From NCBI GenBank assembly GCA_003516025.1, contig CP023991.1, forward strand, positions 961,374 to 993,373: DNA of 32,000 bases, read 5' to 3'. Below are positions 14,956 through 24,705 of the stretch, one piece after another. Position 1 is the stretch's first letter; each line of letters opens with the position of its first letter. Under the pieces are notes generated by a model, which saw nothing but the letters and a program-made list of their open reading frames with translations, did no database searches and was not told the origin of the DNA. Both the position numbers and the translations under genes were made by a program. The stretch is from Candidatus Saccharimonadota bacterium. Its GTDB lineage: Bacteria > Patescibacteriota > Saccharimonadia > Saccharimonadales > UBA4665.

Positions 14956-15075
14956 TATTTATTATGTTAGCGCTAATGGTTAAACTACTTATAGTATACA
15001 CTGATTCCTATTTTTATGCAATAGCGTGATGAAAAATGTCACAGTGCTTTTGCCATAGAAGGTATAATAAGGAGT

Positions 15076-15315
15076 ATGAGCAGTTCCCTGGCTGACATTT
15101 TAGCGAATAAGAACTTTGATGAGCCGTATGAGGCCACGCAGATTAAAAAGTACGTCCTGGAAACGTATCAAAAAAGCGTAGCCGTTACCGTGAGGGAGAA
15201 AGACATCACCATTACGGCGCAAGGCGCTGCCTTTACCCATGCCTTGCGCATGCGCTGGAAACAGATACAACGGGCCGCCGAAACCGACAAACGGCTAATT
15301 TTCCGTATAGCCTAA
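15076..15315 (+). CDS. Small DUF721/DciA-like protein (tentative)
   Basis: 79-aa ORF. The pattern of an N-terminal short helix followed by VAVTVREKDITITAQGAAFTHALRMRWKQIQ...IFRI resembles the DUF721 layout. TATAAT (15063-15068) lies 7 nt upstream of the ATG. Confidence 0.4.
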   Translation: MSSSLADILANKNFDEPYEATQIKKYVLETYQKSVAVTVREKDITITAQGAAFTHALRMRWKQIQRAAETDKRLIFRIA

Positions 15316-15887
15316 CCTGCTTGAAGCAGTGTCTGCAGCTCCTGTTTCATCCGCGTGAAGTCCTGGTAGAATATGGCATGCATGCCCACGTCGCGGGCAC
15401 CAGTACAGTGCCGTTCCTGATCGTCGATGAACACGATATCTTGCGGTGATACCTCCAGCCGGTCCGCGATAGTGAGGTACGCGCGGGCCTCTGGTTTTAC
15501 GGTGCCCATCTCATACGACAAGGCGATCTGGTCGAACAGGCTTATCTGGTCGGCTAAAAAGAGTTTGTGCAGCAAGTTTGAGCCGGCATTGCTTAACATG
15601 CCAATGGCGTAGCGTGGTTTTAATTCGGTAGAAATATAGGTAAATAATCCCGTATTAATGCTGCTAGCGTCAATTTCTCTGGCAGCCTGGCTCGGTGACA
15701 GGCTAGCCATATCGGCCACCTGATCCAAGAAGTCATCGGGAGACAATATGCCGGCACCCGCCTGCTTATTGAGGTCACTGGCTTGCTCGAATAAATCCGG
15801 CTTATCGCCGAAGTATTTCTGCTTAAACGGCAGCCAACCATCAGATGTCAGTACGCCGAAACAATCAAAGACTATAGCCTGGATCAT
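15312..15887 (-). CDS. HAD-superfamily hydrolase (subfamily IA-like phosphatase)
   Basis: 191-aa ORF with motif I AIVFDCFGVLT, a helical cap region, LSNAG, and motif IV VFIDDQERHCTGARDVGMHAIFY. Confidence 0.8.
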   Translation of the reverse strand: MIQAIVFDCFGVLTSDGWLPFKQKYFGDKPDLFEQASDLNKQAGAGILSPDDFLDQVADMASLSPSQAAREIDASSINTGLFTYISTELKPRYAIGMLSNAGSNLLHKLFLADQISLFDQIALSYEMGTVKPEARAYLTIADRLEVSPQDIVFIDDQERHCTGARDVGMHAIFYQDFTRMKQELQTLLQAG

Positions 15888-15912
15888 AGTTCCAGTATAG
15901 CGAAGTTTGGAC

Positions 15913-16470
15913 TTATTGGTTTAAGTTCGAAGTGAGCTTATTGTAGTCAGGCACCTGGCTGCGATAGAGGCTGCGGATAGTGTCGGTCTTACCCTTGAAA
16001 TTACCGATGTTACCGCATGAAGTGGACCAGTAGCGCTGCGTAACGTTGCCGCTACCATTGATAATTTCATAAATATAACGATAGCCAGTTGGGCAGTAGC
16101 CACGCTCGTCACGCTTGTCGGCATCACTGGTACCGTTGTTATAGCCAGCCACCTGCAAGGCGCGCAGGAAGTTGGCGTAGGCGGTTTCATTGTTCGCGTA
16201 GTTCTGTGAGCGTAGTACCTGGCCCTCATAACCGTTTTCTACAGTAAAGGTTACCTGATCGCGGCCAACAGTAGTTACCAGCTCGTGGTGGGTCTGGTTA
16301 GCGGTGACAGGATAATCCTGTATAAGGCGTACGGTGGTGTCAGTGGTGGCGTACGTGACCAGCTGCGCCGGCTGGTTTTGCGGCGTGTCATCACCGCCGC
16401 CACGAAAAATAAGGACAAAAACCAGAATCAGGAGACCGATGCTAACTAAAAATCCAATAATGTACTTCAT
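15913..16470 (-). CDS. Membrane-anchored or secreted hypothetical protein
   Basis: 185-aa ORF with an N-terminal TM/signal anchor (IIGFLVSIGLLILVFVLIF) and a soluble domain with two Cys residues. A strong SD (AAGAGGTGA) and a promoter lie upstream. Confidence 0.55.
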   Translation of the reverse strand: MKYIIGFLVSIGLLILVFVLIFRGGGDDTPQNQPAQLVTYATTDTTVRLIQDYPVTANQTHHELVTTVGRDQVTFTVENGYEGQVLRSQNYANNETAYANFLRALQVAGYNNGTSDADKRDERGYCPTGYRYIYEIINGSGNVTQRYWSTSCGNIGNFKGKTDTIRSLYRSQVPDYNKLTSNLNQ

Positions 16471-16501
16471 ATTATTCTGCTCACCTCTTATAGGTATCTA
16501 T

Positions 16502-16530
16502 ATAATAGCACAAACAGATAAAAATTGCAA
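16502..16530 (-). promoter_or_regulatory. Putative sigma-70 promoter (TTGCAA-17-TATTAT) of the 15913-16470 gene
   Basis: On the minus strand, TTGCAA is at 16530-16525, the spacer is 17 nt, and TATTAT is at 16507-16502. A ~31-nt leader containing AAGAGGTGA follows. Confidence 0.5.
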
Positions 16531-16610
16531 TACTTATGCTTGCGGTTAGAATTGGATATTGTCCCGGTAATCATATGGCCTGAGGGCGGTTGCGCATTGG
16601 CGGTAGAATA

Positions 16611-19292
16611 TTATAACGCGCCCCAGTTTTCAGCGACAGTAACATCAACATCCAGCCGGACCGGAAGCTTGTAAATGTTCTCCATGGCGCCCTGTAGCAG
16701 CTTGCCTACTTCTTCAGCGGCGTCAGCCGGACATTCGACCAGAATCGAATCATGAACCTGTAGCAGCTGTTTAGACCCCGGGTAGTCAGCTAACAGCTTA
16801 TCGACCTCGATCATGGCCATCTTCATCAGGTCAGCCTCGGTTCCCTGGATAGGCATGTTAATGGCGGCGCGCTCGGCAGCCTGGCGAACAATGAAGTTCG
16901 AGGAATGGATATCCGGCATCGGCCGGCGGCGGCCAACCAGAGTTTCGACGTAACCTTGTTTGCGGGCCAACTCCCGGGTGCGATCCATATAATCGAACAG
17001 CGGCTGACGGACTTTTTTGTAACGCTCAATAAAGGTAACGGCCTGCTCGCGGGTCATACCGGTAGCGATAGACAGGCCGTGCGGACTCATACCGTACAAA
17101 ATACCGAAGTTAATGACTTTGGCCGCCCGGCGCATACCCTTGGTGACATCTTCCACTTCGCGGCCGTAAACCAATGCCGCGGTGGCAGTATGGATATCCG
17201 CGCCGCTGTTGAACATGTCGACCAGTTCGCGGTCTTTGGCCATAACAGCGGCCAGGCGAAGTTCGAACTGGCTGTAATCGGCACTGACTAATTTATTGCC
17301 AGGTCCAGCGACAAAGGCGGTACGAATGCGACGTCCGAGGTCGGTGCGGGTTGGGATATTCTGTAAGTTCGGATCGGTGCTGCTCAGGCGGCCGGTTTGG
17401 GCAATAGTAAGGTTGAATGTCGTATGGACTCTACTGTGCCCGTCGACAAGTTTCGGCAGCGTATCAACATAGGTATTTTTAAGCTTGGCGACTTCGCGGT
17501 ATTGCGTAATGAGGTCAATAATTGGATGCTGGCCACGCAGTTTATCCAACTCGCTGGCAGCGGTAGAGTAGCCGGTTTTGCCCTTCTTGATACCACCGGT
17601 TGGCAGCTTAAGAAACTCAAACAGGATATCGGCTAGCTGCGTCGGGCTGCCGATGTTAAATTCCTGCTCGGCAACACCGTAAATCTGCCCTTCGAGATCA
17701 GCGATGGTAGCGTCAATTTCGGCGGCGAACTTTTCCAGGTAATCAGTATCGAGCAGCATTCCCTCGTATTCCATACGGGCCAGGACTTCGATGACCGGCC
17801 ATTCCACGTTGCTGGCCAGTTCATCCACTTGTGGCATGTCCTTAAGCGCCGGAATTTGTTTGTCAGCTAAGGCAGTTATGACAGCAACTATTTCGGCCGC
17901 GCGGGTAGTCAGCTCCTCGTCGTCACTATCTTCGAACGGCGACCCATCGTAATCGAGCTCACTAGCAGCAAGTTCGCTCAAGGTAAGGTCGCGGCGCAAC
18001 GAATCGAGTAAAAAGGCGGCAATCTGCGTGTCGTGTCCTACCCCGACTACCGTAATCCCCAACTCGTATAACACTTGTAGCGTGCTTTTAATGTCATGGC
18101 CCACTTTACGTATGCCCGCATTCGACATAAACGGCTCCAGCACTTCGCGGACCTGATCGGCCGACACTTTAGTCAGGTCAATAGTATACGTGTGGCCGGC
18201 GCTTGGGCTGACCATCAGCACACGCGGGTCTTTGCCGTGGCGGCCGGCAGCCCGGGAGTGCAGTACCAGGCGATCGGTTTTACCAAGGTTGGCCGGCAGC
18301 TCCGCGAGCTTGGCGTCACTATCAATTACATTGTTGGCGCCGATTTTAAGGTCAGTCCGGCTGGTACTAGGCAGACTATCGGACGAGACCTGCATGATTT
18401 CCGGCAGTTGCCGGGCCAGGCTGCGGAATTCCAGACGTTGTAACATTTCAGCGATTTTTTCGGGATTTCCTTTAGAGCCGTCAAGTTCGTCAAGATCAAG
18501 TGTCATCGGCGCGTCGGTCCAGATAGCACCCAGTTCTTTACTGAGATAGGCCGATTCCCTGCCCGCCTCAAGTTTACGGCGCATGGCGTCCTTAACCAAA
18601 CCCAGGTTTTCATAAATGCCATCAAGCGTTTCGAACTGCTGCAACAGCTGCACGGCACCTTTTTCACCTATTCCGGGCACGCCGGGAATATTGTCAGAGG
18701 AATCACCCTTAAGCGCCTTAAGGTCAAGCATTTGGTCGACCCGGATGCCGTATTTGGCTTCCAGCGTCTTCGGTGAGTACAGCTCAATGTTACTAAGGCC
18801 TTTTTTGAGAGCATAGACGTGGACCAGCGGATTAACCAACTGCAGCATGTCGAGGTCGCTGGTAATCAACAGTGTCTCGATGTTCTGATCGTGCGCCAGC
18901 CGGGCCATGGTGCCCATAATGTCATCGGCTTCGTAATCGTCAAATTCGTATAGAGGCCAGCCAAAGGCCTGCAACAGTTCGTGGAGCACGGGAATCTGCG
19001 CCTTAAAATCAGGCGGCGTCGGTTTGCGGCCGGCTTTGTATTCCGGGTAGAGCTCAAGGCGGCGGCGGATGTTCGTTTTTGGCTTATCCCAGGCTACGGC
19101 CACGTAGTCCGGCTGCAGACGCTTAATAACTTCCAGGGCCATGGTAGCAAAACCAAACACGCCGCCAGTCGGCGTGCCGTCCTTGGTGCTCAGGTTCGGC
19201 ATGGCATAATAACCACGATAAAACACCGATTTTCCGTCGATGACAGCAAGTTTTTTACGGGGAGCGGTCGTTTCGCGTGAAGTGTCAGTCAT
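16611..19292 (-). CDS. polA: DNA polymerase I
   Basis: 893-aa ORF with a 5'-nuclease domain (DGKSVFYRGYYA..., GVPGIGEKGA), a central 3'-5' exonuclease-like domain and a family-A polymerase domain (DYSQFELRLAA, RRAAKVINFGILYG, QVHDSILVE). By eye the Exo I/II/III acidic residues are not conserved, for example LVLHSRAAG where DTET is expected. Confidence 0.97.
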   Translation of the reverse strand: MTDTSRETTAPRKKLAVIDGKSVFYRGYYAMPNLSTKDGTPTGGVFGFATMALEVIKRLQPDYVAVAWDKPKTNIRRRLELYPEYKAGRKPTPPDFKAQIPVLHELLQAFGWPLYEFDDYEADDIMGTMARLAHDQNIETLLITSDLDMLQLVNPLVHVYALKKGLSNIELYSPKTLEAKYGIRVDQMLDLKALKGDSSDNIPGVPGIGEKGAVQLLQQFETLDGIYENLGLVKDAMRRKLEAGRESAYLSKELGAIWTDAPMTLDLDELDGSKGNPEKIAEMLQRLEFRSLARQLPEIMQVSSDSLPSTSRTDLKIGANNVIDSDAKLAELPANLGKTDRLVLHSRAAGRHGKDPRVLMVSPSAGHTYTIDLTKVSADQVREVLEPFMSNAGIRKVGHDIKSTLQVLYELGITVVGVGHDTQIAAFLLDSLRRDLTLSELAASELDYDGSPFEDSDDEELTTRAAEIVAVITALADKQIPALKDMPQVDELASNVEWPVIEVLARMEYEGMLLDTDYLEKFAAEIDATIADLEGQIYGVAEQEFNIGSPTQLADILFEFLKLPTGGIKKGKTGYSTAASELDKLRGQHPIIDLITQYREVAKLKNTYVDTLPKLVDGHSRVHTTFNLTIAQTGRLSSTDPNLQNIPTRTDLGRRIRTAFVAGPGNKLVSADYSQFELRLAAVMAKDRELVDMFNSGADIHTATAALVYGREVEDVTKGMRRAAKVINFGILYGMSPHGLSIATGMTREQAVTFIERYKKVRQPLFDYMDRTRELARKQGYVETLVGRRRPMPDIHSSNFIVRQAAERAAINMPIQGTEADLMKMAMIEVDKLLADYPGSKQLLQVHDSILVECPADAAEEVGKLLQGAMENIYKLPVRLDVDVTVAENWGAL

Positions 19293-19350
19293 TACTTCTT
19301 AGTATACCTTGAAGTGGCGGGTTTTTATGGGCGGAGCTCTCTAAACGCGG

Positions 19351-19935
19351 TTATTCAGCCAGTAAGGCGGCAACTTCCTGCTTCAGCAGGTTCAATTCGT
19401 TGCCGCCGTTGGTCATATGGGTATCGGCTTTATCGCGGACGGCAGCCATATCAAGAGTAGCGGCGTCACCCGTAGAGTGCATTTCCGCCTGCTCTTCAGC
19501 TACAAATTGCTCATAGGTTTTTTCGTCTTCCCCGGCACGAGCCCGCTCGGCAGCATTAGAGCGGATACGAGTAAAGCGCAGCAGCGGATCAGCGTCAAGC
19601 CACCAGACCTCACCGCCCAGTTCATGTATGCGGTCAACCTCGAATGGATTACGTAAACTGGCGATGGCGACGCCTTTATATCTGCCTTTCGGCTGCTCGT
19701 AAAAAATATCCATCGCCCGGTCAACCAGCACGCCAAAACCGAACTGTCGGCGCCATGAGGCACTCAGCTCACGCAGGTGCTCACGGTCGATCGGAAAGCC
19801 CTGCCGGCGTAGTTCCGCCCGCAGTACATCAGTTACAGATACGAACAAATAGCCATGCTCTACGGCAAGCGTATGGCCCACGGTGTCCTTACCGGATCCG
19901 TTTGTTCCGGCAATACCAATAATTTTCTTACTCAT
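19351..19935 (-). CDS. P-loop nucleoside/nucleotide kinase-family protein (dephospho-CoA-kinase/uridine-kinase-like Walker A)
   Basis: 194-aa ORF with the Walker A motif IIGIAGTNGSGKDTVG at the N-terminus. Its size and layout match small-molecule kinases. The substrate is not inferable. Confidence 0.7.
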   Translation of the reverse strand: MSKKIIGIAGTNGSGKDTVGHTLAVEHGYLFVSVTDVLRAELRRQGFPIDREHLRELSASWRRQFGFGVLVDRAMDIFYEQPKGRYKGVAIASLRNPFEVDRIHELGGEVWWLDADPLLRFTRIRSNAAERARAGEDEKTYEQFVAEEQAEMHSTGDAATLDMAAVRDKADTHMTNGGNELNLLKQEVAALLAE

Positions 19936-19965
19936 GTCACAGCTATTATAGCGGTAATCAACAGT

Positions 19966-20565
19966 TTAATCGAGTATTCGCGGCCTGAGCAAAACCAGCC
20001 GGGTAAAGACAACACATATGTGCAGTACAAATATACTCACCAGTAACCATACGACAGACCGCAAAAAGACGTCCGGACCAATCCAGTCGACAAATATCGG
20101 CCCTTCAAGCAGGTGCGCGCCAGGCACAAAGACCATAAACACCAGTCCGGCGAACGCCAGGACACGAAATAATACGCGTTCACCCGCTTCGATCAACCGG
20201 CGGTTGCGATTCGTGCCGTTCGGCCAGACAAATTCCCGCTGCTCCATACCTTCGCCCAACTCCGTGATAAACTGTGCTATTCCCCGTAAAAACAGGTACA
20301 CAATCAAACCGACAACCGCCCAAAAGGCGCCGACAACCAGAGCAGCCGTACGCCCCGATCCAATGAGTGAGTTCAGGACATCCTCGAGACCGCTTGATAA
20401 AAGGCGAGCAACATTGAAGTCACGCGGAATACGCAAATATTGCTGAATTGCCGGCAGTTGATGAAGCGAAAAGACCAGCCCGGAGAAAAACAGGTACCAT
20501 ACGACGCCGATAGCGCTTGGACTAAAGACACTGGCAACTGTTTCTGTTTTAAACTGGTTTCGCAT
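19966..20565 (-). CDS. Hypothetical integral membrane protein (4-5 predicted TM helices)
   Basis: 199-aa ORF with several long hydrophobic segments (VVWYLFFSGLVFSL, ALVVGAFWAVVGLIVYLFL, VLAFAGLVFMVFV, VVWLLVSIFVLHICVVF). Confidence 0.55.
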   Translation of the reverse strand: MRNQFKTETVASVFSPSAIGVVWYLFFSGLVFSLHQLPAIQQYLRIPRDFNVARLLSSGLEDVLNSLIGSGRTAALVVGAFWAVVGLIVYLFLRGIAQFITELGEGMEQREFVWPNGTNRNRRLIEAGERVLFRVLAFAGLVFMVFVPGAHLLEGPIFVDWIGPDVFLRSVVWLLVSIFVLHICVVFTRLVLLRPRILD

Positions 20566-20649
20566 AATTTAGCTTAAGCTTAACAAAAAGCCACGGCAGT
20601 ACAAAACCGACTCGCCTTACTAACGCGCTCAGAAAGCGCCGCCTACTGG

Positions 20650-21792
<1,143 letters not shown>

Positions 21793-21817
21793 GTGTATTC
21801 CTCCGTTATAAATGTAT

Positions 21818-23587
21818 CTAAAGTTCTTTCGCTTGAGCTAGGATCTGGCTCAATTCGCTTAACTGCCGGGCAAGCTGCTGTTTACGGCTGTCGTCGGCGT
21901 CGCTATATTCGATACTGATAGTTTGTTGTTTGGTTTTGACATATTGATCAACAATAGTGACCTGCTGATGAGACGCACCACTCTCCAGGTCAGCATCGGG
22001 CGTGTCCTGGTAATGCTCTTCATCGAATGCTACTGATAATATTTTAACATAGTCTGCCACTGGCCGCAATGCTTCCACATGGGCGGCGTCAGTGCCGTCA
22101 AAGCCAGGATTTTGTTGTAAAAATTCCAATAAAGTTTTGGCATCGCCGTCAATAAGCATATCCGGCCTGATGTACTGCAGATATTTACGCATGGCCGGCC
22201 GCATCAACGCAAAGGTTAGCAGGCGGTTTTGAGCGCGCCGGATGGTTGTTTGTTGCTTATCGGGTATGACCGGCCGATAGTTTGTCTGACGCCTTGGCTT
22301 AGGCGGAGCCGCTTTAGTTGTAGCCTCATACTTATCAGTCAGCGCCTCCCTGCTCACCCCAATAGTGGTGGCGAGCGTTCGCAGATAATGGTCACGTTCG
22401 ACGCTATCGGTTAAGGCACGGACAACGGGCAGTAAGATGTCGCTAAACTTGCGCTTGCCTTCGGCGCTCGTTATATCCAATACACCCTTATAACGTTCGA
22501 TCAGCCAGTCCAGCGCGTACTGGTTTTTACCAATCACTTCACGCCAGACATTAGCATCCTGCTTAATGAGCTCGTCAGGATCTTTGCCGCTTGGAATCGA
22601 GATAATACTCAGCGACACGCCAACCTTGCTGGCGATAGGTATAGCGCGTTCAGTAGCATTAATGCCAGCCTTGTCAGCATCAAAACTGAGACGAATATCA
22701 CCCGTAAACTTACTAAGCGCTTTAAGGTGTTGCTCCGTCATGGCCGTTCCTGCCGTGGCGACCACTTGTTTTACACCGGCTTGATGACTCTGAATAACAT
22801 CCAGATTACCCTCGGTCAGCACTACGAAGCCACTTTTACGTATGCCCTCTTTAGCCAGGTGCAGGCCATACACATGGCGGCTTTTGTCATACAGCATAGT
22901 TTGCGGCGTGTTGATATATTTGGGTGCGTCTTTAGCATCTGTTAGCAACCGTGCCGTAAAACCAATGGCTCGGCCCTGCGCGTCATGCAGTGGAATCATT
23001 AGGCGGCCGCGGAACATATCACCCAAACCACGGTAGCGCTGGGCGCTTAAACCGGCCCCCTTGATTTCATCAGACGTAAAGCCCTTGCTGACCATAAAGT
23101 CGCATAATGCCGTGCCGGTGTTCGGCGAATAGCCAAGTTGCCACTCCAGAGCCGTTTCTTTACTAAACTGGCGTTTTCCCAGCGCGTATTCCAAAGCGAC
23201 CTTATTTTTGCTGAACTGCACCTGGTAAAACTTAACTGCTAGTTCCATGGCCGCGAACAAACGCTCGAGCTGTTTACCGTTATTAGAACCGCTGGTACGG
23301 TAATCCGCCAGCTCGATGCCGGCCTTACGGGCTAATAACTCTAATGCTCCCTTGAAGTCGAGACCTTCCATCTCCATAACAAAACTGAACATCGTGCCGC
23401 CCTTGCCAGAACTGAAGTCATGCCAGATGCCTTTCTCGGGACTAACCATAAAACTGGGTGATTTTTCGCTGCTAAAAGGACTTAGACCCTTAAAATTGCG
23501 ACCGGCTCGCTTGAGTTCCACATACTCACCAACGACGTCCTCAATACTCAGGCGGGCTTTAACCTCTTCGACAGCATCCATGCTCAT
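21818..23587 (-). CDS. dnaG: DNA primase DnaG (the zinc-ribbon ligands are all substituted)
   Basis: The track ORF starts at a TTG (23602). An ATG at 23587 (MSMDAVEEV...) or 23581 is more plausible. The RNA-polymerase core ([20 protein letters not shown]) and TOPRIM motifs ([18 protein letters not shown]) are intact. The N-terminal zinc-binding motif reads [13 protein letters not shown]...[10 protein letters not shown] instead of CPFHxEKTPSF...HCFGCG. Confidence 0.92.
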   Translation of the reverse strand: MSMDAVEEVKARLSIEDVVGEYVELKRAGRNFKGLSPFSSEKSPSFMVSPEKGIWHDFSSGKGGTMFSFVMEMEGLDFKGALELLARKAGIELADYRTSGSNNGKQLERLFAAMELAVKFYQVQFSKNKVALEYALGKRQFSKETALEWQLGYSPNTGTALCDFMVSKGFTSDEIKGAGLSAQRYRGLGDMFRGRLMIPLHDAQGRAIGFTARLLTDAKDAPKYINTPQTMLYDKSRHVYGLHLAKEGIRKSGFVVLTEGNLDVIQSHQAGVKQVVATAGTAMTEQHLKALSKFTGDIRLSFDADKAGINATERAIPIASKVGVSLSIISIPSGKDPDELIKQDANVWREVIGKNQYALDWLIERYKGVLDITSAEGKRKFSDILLPVVRALTDSVERDHYLRTLATTIGVSREALTDKYEATTKAAPPKPRRQTNYRPVIPDKQQTTIRRAQNRLLTFALMRPAMRKYLQYIRPDMLIDGDAKTLLEFLQQNPGFDGTDAAHVEALRPVADYVKILSVAFDEEHYQDTPDADLESGASHQQVTIVDQYVKTKQQTISIEYSDADDSRKQQLARQLSELSQILAQAKEL

Positions 23588-23617
23588 TAGTATAAGGGGC
23601 AACTCACGGAATGGCTA

Positions 23618-23633
23618 ACGCTACATGTAGCGT
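23618..23633. promoter_or_regulatory. Perfect 16-bp palindrome ACGCTACATGTAGCGT in the divergent dnaG / 23677-24300 intergenic region
   Basis: Read directly: ACGCTACA|TGTAGCGT at 23618-23633. It lies 31 nt upstream of the dnaG ATG (23587) and 44 nt upstream of the ATG at 23677. It is a candidate operator or RNA hairpin. Confidence 0.4.
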
Positions 23634-23676
23634 CTGATTGTATCAAGTAACCCGTTCATGGTTAAATATAAGCAAT

Positions 23677-24300
23677 ATGCCGCCAAACCAATATCAATTC
23701 CCTGCTCCAGCACCGCAACAGCCGGAACACAATCCGTATGGCTTCTTCATGGAGCCCGACAAACCGCAGCGTTCTCCCATTGGCGGCTCACCCCTCAAAA
23801 AATATGGTCTCATCGTTGGAGTAATTGTTGCCGTAGTGTTATTGGTTATTATCATTATTGCCATGGCTACCGGCGGAAAAGACTCTAGCGCAGGTTTACT
23901 GACCATCGCCCAAGAACAACAGGAGCTCATTCGAGTATCGGCGGACGGCGCTAAAAACAGCAAGAGCACTCAATTGTTGAATTTTTCCGCCACAGCCCAG
24001 GTTAGCCTGGCCTCTTCCCAGAAAGACCTTACAGCATTTATGGCCAAGCACGGCGTTAAGACCGACGACAAGGTTCTGGCTCTCGGCAAAGATGCTCAGA
24101 CCGACCAGGCGCTCAGCGGCGCGCTGGCTTCCAATACATATGACACGACATTCAATTCAGTCATTCAAGCCGAATTGGCTACCTATGTCAAAAATCTCGA
24201 CGCGGCCATACAGACCGCGACGACCAAAACAGAACAGAACCTGCTCAAAAAGCAGAGCGCTAACGCCCAGTTATTAAGCAAGATGCTCACCGCCTTATAA
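23677..24300 (+). CDS. Hypothetical single-pass membrane protein (Pro-rich N-terminus, TM segment, helical Ala/Gln/Thr-rich ectodomain)
   Basis: The track ORF starts at 23638. The ATG at 23677 (MPPNQYQFPAPAPQQ...) is more plausible. The TM segment is YGLIVGVIVAVVLLVIIIIAMA. I recognise no family. Confidence 0.5.
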   Translation: MPPNQYQFPAPAPQQPEHNPYGFFMEPDKPQRSPIGGSPLKKYGLIVGVIVAVVLLVIIIIAMATGGKDSSAGLLTIAQEQQELIRVSADGAKNSKSTQLLNFSATAQVSLASSQKDLTAFMAKHGVKTDDKVLALGKDAQTDQALSGALASNTYDTTFNSVIQAELATYVKNLDAAIQTATTKTEQNLLKKQSANAQLLSKMLTAL

Positions 24301-24302
24301 GG

Positions 24303-24623
24303 CTAGTTTTCGGTCACTAAAATATAGGAGTGGCGAATCAGGTCCTGTACTTCTTCCCATTCCAGCTGCCCGGACAATACAATAGTATTCCAGTGTTTCT
24401 TGTTCAGATGATAACCCGGCATAACAGTTTCATATTTTTCACGTAATACCTGGCTGAGCTGCGGATCGCATTTGAGGCTAAGCCGGACAGGGTCCGAGCC
24501 CTCGGCTATCAGGGCAAACATTTTGTCCCCTGCTTTGTACACGGCCACGTCCTTACCAAACGGGTAATCGCGCACGGCGTTTGGCATGCTTAAAATATAG
24601 TCTTCGACAGTCTTATGATCCAT
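24303..24623 (-). CDS. MmcQ/YjbR-family (predicted DNA-binding) protein
   Basis: 106-aa ORF whose pattern ...YPFG.D..VYK...KMFAL.......LSLKCDP.....LRE.Y..V.PGYHLNKKHWNTI is characteristic of the YjbR family. An extended -10 TGGTATAAT (24639-24631) lies 7 nt upstream of the ATG. Confidence 0.8.
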   Translation of the reverse strand: MDHKTVEDYILSMPNAVRDYPFGKDVAVYKAGDKMFALIAEGSDPVRLSLKCDPQLSQVLREKYETVMPGYHLNKKHWNTIVLSGQLEWEEVQDLIRHSYILVTEN

Positions 24624-24705
24624 TAAGACTATTATACCAAAAGATTGTCTAATATATATTATGCTATGAGACCTTTAGTGACCAGGGGCATGTTATATAA
24701 CAACT

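Noticed and set aside
20018-20446. A plus-strand 142-aa ORF antisense to the membrane-protein gene 19966-20565. Similar antisense ORFs occur at 30126-30548, 20774-21205, 10944-11309 and 16905-17291.
   Set aside because: These are shadow ORFs opposite better-supported genes. Their composition is biased (Arg/Ser/Pro/Thr-rich), they have no motifs and no plausible start context.
20571-20580. The palindrome AGCTTAAGCT (two overlapping HindIII-like sites) upstream of the 19966-20565 gene. Also the palindrome AGCGTACGCT near 29427.
   Set aside because: These are short 10-bp palindromes with no loop and no U-tract. Palindromes of this size are expected by chance at this sequence length. They are not called as terminators or operators.
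22548-22557. A third copy of ACATTAGCAT, the core of the shared HExxH-promoter motif, inside dnaG.
   Set aside because: It is only a 10-nt match, lies deep inside a coding region and lacks the flanking TTTT. In 64 kb of two-strand sequence a chance 10-mer match is plausible.
23588-23602. The TTG start of dnaG at 23602 used by the ORF track.
   Set aside because: The five extra residues (MPLIL) have no support. DnaG proteins start close to the conserved I..V....DIV motif, so the ATG at 23587 or 23581 is preferred.
24624-24705. Possible island boundary signals (direct repeats, att sites, tRNA, integrase) at 24624-24705 and 29364-29459.
   Set aside because: I found only weak similarity between the two borders (TATAACAAC versus TACAACAA). 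There is no tRNA, integrase or transposase, so I cannot call a mobile element. The island is supported only by composition and gene content.
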